Of a stretch of DNA of 64,000 bases, positions 47,944 to 58,139 are shown in pieces. Position numbers and translations under genes: made by a program. Within the stretch, counting starts at the first letter, position 1, and every line of letters starts with the position of its first letter. The notes below the pieces were generated by a model, which was not told where the DNA came from, did not search any database, and saw nothing but the letters and a program-made list of their open reading frames with translations. The stretch lies in IMG/VR virus record IMGVR_UViG_3300025889_000079. One strand, written 5' to 3'. The DNA comes from an uncultured virus (IMG/VR IMGVR_UViG_3300025889_000079) (lineage: Duplodnaviria > Heunggongvirae > Uroviricota > Caudoviricetes).

Positions 47944-49155
47944 ATGGCAGATAAAACAGCATTACAAGAATCATCTCAAGCATTATTTTCATCTATAGCA
48001 GACTTTATAGGTGCGGCTGATGTTGATAAAAAATTTGATTTAAAAAAATATCCAACATTTGCAGACTTTAAAAGAGATTATAAAAAAGTTATAGAAGAAG
48101 CTCATACTAGAGTGGATACACCAGGTGTATCGTTAAATGATGTAATAAAATTTTTAGATACTAATAATGATTGGTATGTTTCATCTAATATAATTGCTGT
48201 TCAACTTATTAAACAAATTACAAGTATAGATCCAGACTACAAAATTAAAAGTAAAGGTTATCAAAATTTATTTTATTTAAGAGGTGATAATGCTGTAATG
48301 GGAACTATTCAAAAATTGTTTACTATTGCTAACAAAGCACCTATTACAGTTAAAAATCAAGCTGCATTTGGTAATATTAATAAATGGAATCCTGCAGATA
48401 TTTACCTTGCAAGTAAAAAGGCAAAAGATGTTTTAGCTGCAACTTTAAAGAACGCAAAACCTAAATCATATACTTTTTCAGATTTAAACATAGTAACAAG
48501 TGATTTAATAGATAGTGGAGATTTATTACCTCTATCTTTAAAGAAAACAACTAAAAGTGCTGTACTTCAAAAAGTTAATTTCAATAGAAAAACAGAAATA
48601 GAATATTTAAAAAAGATTTCTTTTAAAAAGACAACTGATTGGCAACCATATAAAAGAGTTGCATTTGGTAAAAAAACAGAAACAAGAGATATGAGAATTA
48701 TGTTAAACACTGGAGGTGATATAAAGTTAAGACACGATCCTAGTGCTAAAAGATTTGTTGCAGAATTTATAGGAGGCGGTGCAGAAGCAAGAGGAGGTTC
48801 TATTGGTTCAATGAAAGTATTTACTGAACTTCTAGCTTTTGTAGATAAACAAACAGCACAAAAAGTTTTAAAAGAATATATTGACGGAGAAAAACAATAC
48901 TTTAAAGAAATAGAACCTTATATTAAACAAAGAGATAAAATGAATAAACAAAATCCTAATCTATTTGATTTTAAAAGAGGAGAAGTAAGTGCTATTAATA
49001 TTATCAATAGAATAATGCCTATTTTAAAAAAATGGTTTGATAGAAAAGACAAAAAAAGTCAACAAGAAATTAATAATTTTATCCATATTATGTTTGAATA
49101 TGTTACTTCTCGTACTCCACTTTCAGGTAAATTTGTTATTGCAAAAGGTAATTAA
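47944..49155 (+). CDS. Hypothetical protein, possible PD-(D/E)xK nuclease fold
   Basis: TALQES...KWNPADIYL...LLPLSLKK; preceded by CATAAATA. Confidence 0.55.
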   Translation: MADKTALQESSQALFSSIADFIGAADVDKKFDLKKYPTFADFKRDYKKVIEEAHTRVDTPGVSLNDVIKFLDTNNDWYVSSNIIAVQLIKQITSIDPDYKIKSKGYQNLFYLRGDNAVMGTIQKLFTIANKAPITVKNQAAFGNINKWNPADIYLASKKAKDVLAATLKNAKPKSYTFSDLNIVTSDLIDSGDLLPLSLKKTTKSAVLQKVNFNRKTEIEYLKKISFKKTTDWQPYKRVAFGKKTETRDMRIMLNTGGDIKLRHDPSAKRFVAEFIGGGAEARGGSIGSMKVFTELLAFVDKQTAQKVLKEYIDGEKQYFKEIEPYIKQRDKMNKQNPNLFDFKRGEVSAINIINRIMPILKKWFDRKDKKSQQEINNFIHIMFEYVTSRTPLSGKFVIAKGN

Positions 49156-49156
49156 T

Positions 49157-49239
49157 TATAAATAGTATCGTAAGTTGTTGATTTTACTTATGGATTTGAG
49201 TGGTTTTTACTTGACAATGTGTGCGATATATGATATAAT
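49157..49239 (+). promoter_or_regulatory. Tandem late (TATAAATA at 49157) and sigma70 (TTGACA-N17-TATAAT, 49211-49239) promoters
   Basis: Exact consensus matches in the intergenic region. Confidence 0.7.
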
Positions 49240-49257
49240 GGATATAGTGGGAGATAA

Positions 49258-50481
49258 ATGTATAGTTTTAAACAGTTTTTTATTGAAGCTAGGAATACAC
49301 ACCTAGAACATTTAGAGGACGAAATCATTAATAATGGTTACGAAGGTGGCCTAAACGCAGTAGAATTTCTTAAATCATTAAGAAATATGCTGTCTGGTTC
49401 ATCACGTTCTAAAGTTAATGTTTCTGTCAAATGGGATGGTGCACCAGCAGTAATCTGTGGTATTAATCCTGAGAACGGCAAATTCTTTGTTGGTTCTAAA
49501 TCCGTATTTAACGTAACTCCCAAAATCAATTACACACAATCAGATATAAGACGTAACCACGAGGGTGGTCTTGCGGATAAACTATCCGTATGTCTAAAAG
49601 AATTACCAAAACTTAATATACAAGGTATTGTACAAGGCGACTTGTTATTTACCCCAGGCGATATTAAGTCGGTAACTATACGAGGTGAAAATGCTATTGC
49701 ATTTACTCCTAATACAATAACTTACGCAGTACCAGAAAATACTGAACTTGCAAAAAGAATACAACGAGCAAAATTAGGCATTATCTTCCACACAACTTAC
49801 ACAGGTAAAAAAATGTCTGATCTTAAAGCAAGTTTTGGCGTCAATGTAAATCGTTTTACAAAGACGCCATCAGTATTCTTTGATGACGCAAGTTACAAAG
49901 ACGCTTCAGGAGTAGCAACGTTTTCATCAGCAGAAAGTGACCAATATGATTCATTATTAAGAATGGCATTAGGATCTATATCTAAAGGTAAAAGAATTTT
50001 AAATTTACTACAAAGACAAACTAATTTATTATCCGTAGGTGCAAGATTAAAAATATTCTTTAACACAATGATTAGAGAAGGACAAACTATTTCTAATGTT
50101 AAAAGATTACAAAATGATTTTAGAAAATATTATGCTTCAGTTTTAGATGATGAAATATCAAGTAAGAAAACAGAAGCTGCAAAAAGAAAATACGAACAAA
50201 TAAGAAACGAAGGATTAAGATTTATTGACTCATATTCAGATGAAATATATTTTGCAATTGCAAGTTATGTTACATTACAAAGAGTTAAAAACTTTTTAGT
50301 AAACAAAATGAATCAAATTAAATCAATAGGAACTTTTTTACAAAAAGATAATGGATTTGAAGTAACAAATCCAGAAGGTTATGTTGCTGTAGATAGAATG
50401 GGCAACGCAGTAAAATTGGTAGATAGACTAGAGTTTAGTACCGCAAACTTTACGATTAGTAAAAACTGGATCCGAGGGTAA
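49258..50481 (+). CDS. DUF6267-like protein with ATP-dependent ligase-type motifs
   Basis: NTHLEHLED; KWDG (motif I), QGDL (III), EGYV (IV), VKLV (V); N-terminus MYSFKQFFIE. Confidence 0.7.
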   Translation: MYSFKQFFIEARNTHLEHLEDEIINNGYEGGLNAVEFLKSLRNMLSGSSRSKVNVSVKWDGAPAVICGINPENGKFFVGSKSVFNVTPKINYTQSDIRRNHEGGLADKLSVCLKELPKLNIQGIVQGDLLFTPGDIKSVTIRGENAIAFTPNTITYAVPENTELAKRIQRAKLGIIFHTTYTGKKMSDLKASFGVNVNRFTKTPSVFFDDASYKDASGVATFSSAESDQYDSLLRMALGSISKGKRILNLLQRQTNLLSVGARLKIFFNTMIREGQTISNVKRLQNDFRKYYASVLDDEISSKKTEAAKRKYEQIRNEGLRFIDSYSDEIYFAIASYVTLQRVKNFLVNKMNQIKSIGTFLQKDNGFEVTNPEGYVAVDRMGNAVKLVDRLEFSTANFTISKNWIRG

Positions 50482-50482
50482 A

Positions 50483-50962
50483 ATGAATAAAGTTTATTGC
50501 ATAACAAATAAAATTAACAATAAAAAGTATATAGGATTTACCTCAATAACTTTACCTGAAAGAATGGGACAACATAGGCATAAAGCAAAATATGAAAATA
50601 AACAACTTATTCATAGAGCAATAAGAAAATATGGTTGGGAAAACTTTGATGTTAGTATATTATATGAAGGTAAAGATGCTTTACAAAAAGAAGATTATTA
50701 TATAAAAAAAATGGGAGATTATAATATATCAAATGGCGGTTCTGCTAATCAAAAAGGTAGAACGTGGAAGTGGAATCCTGAAAAAAGAAAAAGAGCAAAA
50801 TTAAATGGCAATATGGGTGTTAAAAAAGGTAATATACCTTGGAATAAAGGTATTAAAACAGGACCATCTAATAGAGTTTATGACTTAAAGCCTGTTGAAG
50901 AATTGTCATATAGTGGTTTATATATGAGAGAATATAGAAAAGGATTAAGAAGAAGAAAATAA
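50483..50962 (+). mobile_element. Freestanding GIY-YIG homing endonuclease
   Basis: VYCITNKINNKKYIG..R...H; AIRKYG.ENF; E...YN; PWNKG DNA-binding repeat. Confidence 0.85.
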
Positions 50963-52338
50963 TGGCAAATTTTAGAAAAGATACACAAGTATTTGGTCCT
51001 ACAAGACACGATATAAATGTCTTTGAAGTACCAATGATTGCCAATAAAAATGGTGAAGTTGTTACAACAGAAAATCCATTTCCAGTTACCATTACACAAT
51101 CAATTGGGTATTCAGCTCGTTCAACAACAAATGACGCATTTGGAAGATTAAGAGTTTCAGACGCTTTTACTTTATTTGACAGTAATCATAGGTATCAAAG
51201 TAATGGTAAATGGTCAGAATCTACAGCAGGTTCAGGTTCATCATCACACAATGCTAATGATAGTACAATTGAAATGAATGTCACAAACGCAAGTGGCGAT
51301 AGTGTCATAAGAGAAACAAAAAGAGTTTTTACCTATCAGCCTGGTAAATCTTTATTAGTTTTAAATACATTTTGCTTTAATGAACCCAAAACTTATTTAA
51401 GACAACGAGTAGGATACTTTGGTGTTAATGATGGTGTTTATTTAGAACAAGAAAATAATAGTATCTATCTTGTAAAAAGAACAAGTACATCTGGAAGTCC
51501 AGTCAATAATAGATTTTTACAACAAAATTGGAATATTGATGTAATGGATGGTTCAGGCAGTACAAGTAATCCAAGTGGTTACGAATTAGATTTGACAAAG
51601 GCACAAATTTTTTGGACAGATTTTGAATGGTTAGGAGTAGGTACTGTAAGAATGGGTTTTGTTATTAATGGTCAATTTATTCCTGTACACGCATTTCACC
51701 ACGCTAATTCTAGCGATGCTTCATATTCAGGTGTTACAACTTATATGAAAACTGCTACTTTACCTTGTAGAGTAGAAATTACAAATACAGACGCTACTAC
51801 AGGAAGTAGTCAATTAAAACAAATTTGTAGCTCTGTTATAAGTGAAGGTGGTTTTGATAAAGTTTCACAAGAACATTTTGCTAGAAGACCAACTACATTA
51901 TCAGGCGTTAGTACAACCTTTGAGCCTTTAGTTTCTTTTAGACTTAAATCAACAAGATTAGATTCAGTTATTGTTCCAAGTACAGTTAACTTTATGGGTA
52001 TTGCTGCTACTGGTTCAAGTGATTATGAAGTAGCGTTAGTTAAAAATGGAACACTTGGCGGTACACCAAGTTGGGATACATCAACATTTAATAATGTAGA
52101 GTTTGATGTAGCGGCTACAAGTATTACAATTCCTACAGGTGGTATTGTTAAACAATTTTATGCTACTTCAACCAATCAAGCACAAACACAAATTAGTGAT
52201 ACTGGAAAATATAATAAAGATTTACAACTAGGTAGAACACTTGCTGGTGTAAGTGATATGTACACTTTGTGTTGTAGAACATTATCTGGTTCAAATAGTG
52301 CTATAGGAGGCGTTGGGTTTTACGACTTAACATTCTAA
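50962..52338 (+). CDS. Putative virion structural protein (beta-rich)
   Basis: DAFGRLRVS, YQPGKS, WLGVG.VR; Ser/Thr-rich. Confidence 0.65.
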   Translation: MANFRKDTQVFGPTRHDINVFEVPMIANKNGEVVTTENPFPVTITQSIGYSARSTTNDAFGRLRVSDAFTLFDSNHRYQSNGKWSESTAGSGSSSHNANDSTIEMNVTNASGDSVIRETKRVFTYQPGKSLLVLNTFCFNEPKTYLRQRVGYFGVNDGVYLEQENNSIYLVKRTSTSGSPVNNRFLQQNWNIDVMDGSGSTSNPSGYELDLTKAQIFWTDFEWLGVGTVRMGFVINGQFIPVHAFHHANSSDASYSGVTTYMKTATLPCRVEITNTDATTGSSQLKQICSSVISEGGFDKVSQEHFARRPTTLSGVSTTFEPLVSFRLKSTRLDSVIVPSTVNFMGIAATGSSDYEVALVKNGTLGGTPSWDTSTFNNVEFDVAATSITIPTGGIVKQFYATSTNQAQTQISDTGKYNKDLQLGRTLAGVSDMYTLCCRTLSGSNSAIGGVGFYDLTF

Positions 52339-52339
52339 T

Positions 52340-52924
52340 ATGAAAACATTTTTAGATTTTATAACAGAAGCTGAAATGAAAAGAATTATAATGATAGGTG
52401 GACCTGGTTCAGGTAAATCAACCTATTCAGAAATTATTACAAAGAAGTTAGGTATACCTCATATCTATACAGGTGATATGATGAGAAAACTGGCACAACA
52501 AGATACACCAGATGGTCGTAAAGTAAAAGAATTGTTATCTAAAGGAGAGTTTGCACCATTAGATATTGTAATTAAAGCAGTTAAAGAAAGAGTTTCACAA
52601 TCAGACGCAAAAAATGGATATGTGTTTGATGGATTTCCTCGTAACGTAGAACAAGCAAATAAAATGAAAGAAGAAAATATCGGTTATGATTATGTTATTA
52701 ACCTACAAGTATCTGAGGAAGAAGTTGTTAAAAGATTAACAGCAAGAGGAAGAGCAGATGATAAACCAGAGATTATTAAAAATAGAATCAAAGTATATCA
52801 TAGAGAAACTGCTCCATTATTAGATTACTTTAAGAATGAAATTATTAACATAAAAGCAGAAGGTGGAACACCTGAAAGTATTGCAAACGAAATTATTAAA
52901 AAGGTAGAAAATGAAAGTAAATAG
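52340..52924 (+). CDS. adk: Adenylate kinase
   Basis: GGPGSGKST, HIYTGDMMR, FDGFPRNVEQA, RGRADD..E.IKNR; N-terminus MKTFLDFITE. Confidence 0.93.
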   Translation: MKTFLDFITEAEMKRIIMIGGPGSGKSTYSEIITKKLGIPHIYTGDMMRKLAQQDTPDGRKVKELLSKGEFAPLDIVIKAVKERVSQSDAKNGYVFDGFPRNVEQANKMKEENIGYDYVINLQVSEEEVVKRLTARGRADDKPEIIKNRIKVYHRETAPLLDYFKNEIINIKAEGGTPESIANEIIKKVENESK

Positions 52925-53597
52925 TTTTCAACAACACTTAGCAGAAGGTTTATACGATCCAGGTATATTCAAAGCATTCTTTTTAGCAGGTGGGCCAGGT
53001 TCTGGTAAATCGTTTGTAGCACAATCTGTATTTGCAGGTTCAGGATTAAAAGTAGTAAACTCCGATAGTGCTTTTGAACGAGGATTAAAAAAGGCAAATT
53101 TATCTTTATCTATGCCAGATGAAGAAGAATACTTTAGAGATATTATAAGAAAACGTGCTAAAGCAACCGCCATTACACAATTAGATAATTATGTTGAAGG
53201 TAGATTAGGATTAGTGTTAGACGCAACGGGAAGAGATTACGATATTATACAAAGACAACATAATATGCTACAACAATTAGGATATGATTGTTATATGATC
53301 TTTGTAAACACAAGTTTAGATGTAGCACTTGAAAGACAAAAACGTAGAGAAAGACAAGTGCCAGAATATATTACTAAAAAAAGTTGGGAAACAGTACAAA
53401 GTAATATTGGAATGTTTCAACGATTGTTTGGTATGGAAAACTTTATTGTAGTAGATAATAATAAGTCAGATGTAGAGTTAGTTACATTGACTATGGCTAA
53501 AATAAATAAAATAGTAAGAAAACTTATAAACTTTCCTGTGAAAAGTTATATTGCAAAAAGATGGATGGTTAAGGAAAGACAGGCAAAACAAAGATGA
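52911..53597 (+). CDS. P-loop kinase (Pnk-kinase/zeta-like family)
   Basis: LAGGPGSGKS, VNSD, LVLDATG, ALERQKRRER; N-terminus MKVNSFQQHLAE. Confidence 0.75.
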   Translation: MKVNSFQQHLAEGLYDPGIFKAFFLAGGPGSGKSFVAQSVFAGSGLKVVNSDSAFERGLKKANLSLSMPDEEEYFRDIIRKRAKATAITQLDNYVEGRLGLVLDATGRDYDIIQRQHNMLQQLGYDCYMIFVNTSLDVALERQKRRERQVPEYITKKSWETVQSNIGMFQRLFGMENFIVVDNNKSDVELVTLTMAKINKIVRKLINFPVKSYIAKRWMVKERQAKQR

Positions 53598-56548
53598 GAT
53601 TTAAAGAGTTTTTAAAAGAGTCTATTATAGACATACCTAGAAAAAATTACGCAGTAATTTTCGACAATGCTGATACTGATAGTCCTAAACTAAAAGAAAA
53701 AGTTAGACAGCAAGTATTAGATGGTATTAAACAATTTGAAAAATTTGGAAAAATAGTTAAGTATGGAATGATTGGTTCTATATTAACTAAACAATATAGA
53801 AAAGACGCAGACCTTGACATTAATATTTTATTTGATCTTCCAGGTTCTAAAGAAGAACAAGAAGTATTACATAAAAAAATTAGAGAGTTTCAAGGTACAG
53901 TTAATGGTGAAAAGATACCAGGAACTGAACACGTTATCAACTATTTTTCTATCATAGATCCTGCTACATATAGTAAGGCAAACGAAATGGCAGATGGTGT
54001 TTTTGATTTGAATAAAAATACATTTATCAAAAAACCAAAACCATTAAAGTTTGAACCAGAAACATACGTAGCGGATTTTCAGCGTAAAGTTGCTGAAATA
54101 GATGTTGTTAAAGGTGAACTTGTAAGAGATATGATTGATTATGAGGAACTAAAAGAATTAAATCCAAAAGATATTGAGGGTTTAAATAAATTAGTTTCAG
54201 ATAAGTTAGATGAAATTAAATCTGCTATTAACACTCTAATTGATATTGGTGACAAAACTACACAAGAACGTAAAGACGCTTTTGTAAAAGATATGTCGCC
54301 AGACGAAATCAGAAAGTTTGGTGTTAAAAATAAATTGCCAAAAAATGTAATTTATAAAATGTTAGAAAAGTATCATTATCTCACCTTTTTTAAACATTTG
54401 AAAGACATTATGGCAGATGGTAAAATAACACCAGCCGAACTGAAATCATTATCAAAAATAAAAGAAGCCAAAGGTAGACATATAGCGTTTACCTTTGGCC
54501 GATTTAATCCACCAACTATTGGCCACGAAAAATTATTAGACCGATTATCGTCTGTACGAGCAGATGAGTATTATGTATTTTTAAGTAGATCGGAAGACTC
54601 AGATAAGAATCCTCTATCATATAGAAACAAAGTTGCTATAATGAAAAAGATGTTTCCTAGATATGCTAGAAACATTGTAGTCAGTCCTTCTAATAGAGTG
54701 TTTGACATTGTAGTTGATTTGTACAATAAAGGTGCAAGTGAAGTAACGATGGTAGTTGGTTCAGATAGAGTAAGAGAATTTGATACATTATTAAAACAAT
54801 ACAATGATATAAAATCCAGACACGGATATTATAACTTTGATAACATTAATATTGTATCTGCTGGCGAAAGAGATCCAGACGCTGAAGGTGCAGCTGGAAT
54901 GTCAGCAAGTAAAATGCGAGCTGCGGCAGCAAAAGATGACTTTGCAACTTTCATTAAAGGATTACCAGGACGATTTGCTAAATCAAAAGACGCTGAAGAT
55001 TTATTTAAATACGTAAGACAAGGTATGAGATTAGTGGCAGATGTAAATGTGGATGCTGGTGCAGGTGCATTACGCTTTAAACCTTTCATCACAGCTTCTA
55101 CAAAAGAAGAATTAGATAAGATGACTTTAAGGGACAAATATATTTCAGAACACCTATATGAAGTCGGAGATATTGTAGATGATGTGGACAATGGAATAAC
55201 AGGAGTGATTATAAGACGAGGAACAAACTATGTTACTTTAGAAGATGTTAATATGAAGTTTCATAGAGCGTGGTTATATAACATTATGGAAACACCTGTA
55301 TATCCAATTGAATTAGAAGAACGAGCAAGACAGCTCAAATATGACAAAGAAACGGATCAACCTAAAAAATACGTTGCTGGATTATCTGATAAAGAGAAAA
55401 AGGCACACGATAGACATTTAGAAAAACAAGGCAAAAAGTCAGATAGTGATCCTAGTGCTTATACACAATCACCTGCTGACAAAGTTGCACAAACTAAACC
55501 AAGTAAGTATACCAAGAGATTTAAACAAATGTATGGCGAATTAAATGTAAATAAAGAAGCCGTAGATATAGGCCACGATTGGGCTATGCAAAATGCAAAA
55601 ATGACCCCAGGCGAACCTCAATATGATCCGAAGTATCAAGGAACTACTTACAAACCAAGTAAATCTGAAGATAATTTAAAACAGGTTTCTGGAAAGATGA
55701 TAACAAGTATGATTAAACCAGTTGAATTAAAAGATATAGAGGAATGGGTAACTAGCAATATTACCATAGATAAATATAAGGGAAGATATGGTAATGAATG
55801 GGAAAGTAAGTTACAAGAAACTTACGAAAAAATGGTCAATAAAGTTATTGACACAAATGATAATATAATTGAAAGTAGATTTAAAGAGTTTGCTAGAGAT
55901 TTTAAAACATTAAATAATGAACAATTTGAAAGTAAACATAACAAATCTAAAGAAGAAATTAGAAAAGAGATTGGAGAACATATGCAAGTGAAATCATTTA
56001 AATCATTTTGCATTAATCAATCTTTAACTGAAGAAGTTACTAAAGCAATTAACTATCATTTAGAAAAGAAAGTTCCTATTTCAGAAAATATTTTTAGAGT
56101 ACACTCACAAGCTTTTTATGAGTTCTATAATGTATTAAGAGAAAAAGTACAAAAAGAAAACATAGAGTTAAATGAGGAAGATAAAAGAATTTTAGAAACA
56201 GATATTGGATTATTTGGAGAATATCTAGGAGATCCAGTACCGTTAGACTGCCCAATGGTAGATGAGGAAGATGAAAAAGATCCTCCGATTGGTAAACCAA
56301 AAAGAGGCGGTCCTAAAAAGTTTTATGTGTATGTGAAAAAACCAGATGGTGGAATTAAAAAAGTCACTTGGGGTGATACTACAGGATTATCAGTTAAGTT
56401 AAATGATCCTGAAGCAAGAAAATCTTTTGCTGCTAGACACAAATGTGATCAGCAGAAAGATAGAACAAGTGCTGCATATTGGGCGTGTAATACTCCAAGA
56501 TATGCAAAAGCATTAGGATTATCTGGCGGAGGTAATTTTTTCTGGTAA
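53594..56548 (+). CDS. Multidomain protein: Pol-beta-type nucleotidyltransferase + HIGH-family (cytidylyltransferase/NMNAT-like) domain + C-terminal basic domain
   Basis: IGS...DADLDINI; FGRFNPPTIGHEK...VGSDR...MSASKMR; C-terminal PKRGGPKKFYVYVK...SFAARHKC...YWAC; N-terminus MRFKEFLKE. Confidence 0.8.
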   Translation: MRFKEFLKESIIDIPRKNYAVIFDNADTDSPKLKEKVRQQVLDGIKQFEKFGKIVKYGMIGSILTKQYRKDADLDINILFDLPGSKEEQEVLHKKIREFQGTVNGEKIPGTEHVINYFSIIDPATYSKANEMADGVFDLNKNTFIKKPKPLKFEPETYVADFQRKVAEIDVVKGELVRDMIDYEELKELNPKDIEGLNKLVSDKLDEIKSAINTLIDIGDKTTQERKDAFVKDMSPDEIRKFGVKNKLPKNVIYKMLEKYHYLTFFKHLKDIMADGKITPAELKSLSKIKEAKGRHIAFTFGRFNPPTIGHEKLLDRLSSVRADEYYVFLSRSEDSDKNPLSYRNKVAIMKKMFPRYARNIVVSPSNRVFDIVVDLYNKGASEVTMVVGSDRVREFDTLLKQYNDIKSRHGYYNFDNINIVSAGERDPDAEGAAGMSASKMRAAAAKDDFATFIKGLPGRFAKSKDAEDLFKYVRQGMRLVADVNVDAGAGALRFKPFITASTKEELDKMTLRDKYISEHLYEVGDIVDDVDNGITGVIIRRGTNYVTLEDVNMKFHRAWLYNIMETPVYPIELEERARQLKYDKETDQPKKYVAGLSDKEKKAHDRHLEKQGKKSDSDPSAYTQSPADKVAQTKPSKYTKRFKQMYGELNVNKEAVDIGHDWAMQNAKMTPGEPQYDPKYQGTTYKPSKSEDNLKQVSGKMITSMIKPVELKDIEEWVTSNITIDKYKGRYGNEWESKLQETYEKMVNKVIDTNDNIIESRFKEFARDFKTLNNEQFESKHNKSKEEIRKEIGEHMQVKSFKSFCINQSLTEEVTKAINYHLEKKVPISENIFRVHSQAFYEFYNVLREKVQKENIELNEEDKRILETDIGLFGEYLGDPVPLDCPMVDEEDEKDPPIGKPKRGGPKKFYVYVKKPDGGIKKVTWGDTTGLSVKLNDPEARKSFAARHKCDQQKDRTSAAYWACNTPRYAKALGLSGGGNFFW

Positions 56549-56817
56549 TGAACCCATATAAAGATACACAACAAGACGGCTACTTTATAAGAGAGTTTAA
56601 TGAAAGTAGTGCAGATGAAGAATTTGTTTGGCATAGAGATCGTGCAAATAGAACGATAGTTGCCAAAGAAGGTGAAGAATGGTTTATACAAATGGATAAT
56701 AAAATGCCAGAAGTAATTGAAATAGATAAACCTTTTACAATTAAAGAGGGAGTATTCCATAGAATACTAAAAGGCAAAGGAACTTTAAAATTGGAGATAA
56801 AAGAAACAAATGAGTAA
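56548..56817 (+). CDS. Small cupin-like protein
   Basis: WHRD...W.IQMDN..P...I.EG.FHRILKG. Confidence 0.6.
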   Translation: MNPYKDTQQDGYFIREFNESSADEEFVWHRDRANRTIVAKEGEEWFIQMDNKMPEVIEIDKPFTIKEGVFHRILKGKGTLKLEIKETNE

Positions 56818-58129
56818 ATATAGAACAAGTTGGTCAGAAATTTTAAAACAGGTCAATGAGGCACAATCTCATACTGTTAGATATACAGATCCATTAAACA
56901 AAAAAAGATTTGCAGTACCATTTAAAACTCACGCTGATGCTGAAAAGAAAATGGCACAATTAAAAAAAGATGGTGTTAAAGATATAGAAATTACAATGGA
57001 CACTTTAAAACCTGGTGTTAATTTTAAAGAAGCATATGAAAAAGACCACGAAGTTTCAATGGCAAGAACAGATTTACAATCTATTGCTGATAAGGCATTA
57101 GTTATTGACCAACATTTAAAAGAACATCATACTGAAGAAACAGGTATTGAAGGTTGGATTGCAAGTAAGATTACAAAAGCTTCAGATTACATTAATGCTG
57201 TACACGACCATATGATTTATAGTCCAGAAATGAATGAACAATCTAAAGAACCATACGGTTGGACATTAGTTTCAAAAGCAAAAGACCTTGCTAAAAAGTT
57301 TGCAGGCAATATGACAAAAGCATATGATGAAATAGAAAAACTAGCAAAAGATTTAAGTAAGAATGACGAAGTGCAAAAAGCACTACGACAATATAATGAA
57401 GAATTAAAAGAAGAAATCAGTCCTGTTCAAATTAAAAAATTAAAAGATACTTGGGCAGATTTAAAAACTATACCATTTGATAAAGTAAAACCATTAAGAA
57501 ACTTTTTAGACAAATATTCTACTGATAGTCTAATGCAACTTGCACAAGCAAATATTAATTTTGTATCTAATATGGCACGAAGTGTTATGAATAAAAGAAA
57601 ATTCAATGATCCAAAACACGCAGGTTCTATGAAAGAAGGTGCTGCTGAAGATATGGAAAGAATTTCTAAATTAAGAACAAGACAAATGATGTTACAAACT
57701 CAATTAAATAAAATGGACAAAGCAGATCCTAAAAATAAAACGAAGGCTGCAATTGTTAAAAGTGATATAGAGAATATTCAATTACGAATGGATGATATTA
57801 AACAACGTCAAAAATATAAAGTAGAACAATTATTAAATAAAATTAAAACTGAAGATACCGAACCTGCAAGGCCAGGACCTTCAAATCCTAATCCAAATAG
57901 TATCAATGAAAAAATTCAAGGATTAGAAAACAAATCTGAAAAATCAGGTATACCTTATGGTATTCTGAAACAAGTTTACGATAGAGGAATGGCTGCGTGG
58001 AAAGGTGGTCATAGACCAGGTACTACTCCACAACAATGGGCATTTGCTAGAGTAAATTCATTTATAACAAAAGGTAAAACATATAGTACGGCTGACGCTG
58101 ATTTAGCGAAACAAGCTCGTAAAAACTAA
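56810..58129 (+). CDS. Hypothetical (probable internal head protein)
   Basis: Modules separated by xxE sites; C-terminal SGIPYGILKQVYDRGMAAW...QQWAFARVNSF domain. Confidence 0.65.
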   Translation: MSKYRTSWSEILKQVNEAQSHTVRYTDPLNKKRFAVPFKTHADAEKKMAQLKKDGVKDIEITMDTLKPGVNFKEAYEKDHEVSMARTDLQSIADKALVIDQHLKEHHTEETGIEGWIASKITKASDYINAVHDHMIYSPEMNEQSKEPYGWTLVSKAKDLAKKFAGNMTKAYDEIEKLAKDLSKNDEVQKALRQYNEELKEEISPVQIKKLKDTWADLKTIPFDKVKPLRNFLDKYSTDSLMQLAQANINFVSNMARSVMNKRKFNDPKHAGSMKEGAAEDMERISKLRTRQMMLQTQLNKMDKADPKNKTKAAIVKSDIENIQLRMDDIKQRQKYKVEQLLNKIKTEDTEPARPGPSNPNPNSINEKIQGLENKSEKSGIPYGILKQVYDRGMAAWKGGHRPGTTPQQWAFARVNSFITKGKTYSTADADLAKQARKN

Positions 58130-58139
58130 GGAGAAACAA

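Noticed and set aside
52911..53597. Zeta-toxin toxin-antitoxin module
   Set aside because: No adjacent antitoxin; context and N-terminal leader favour a virion-associated kinase, though its substrate is unknown.
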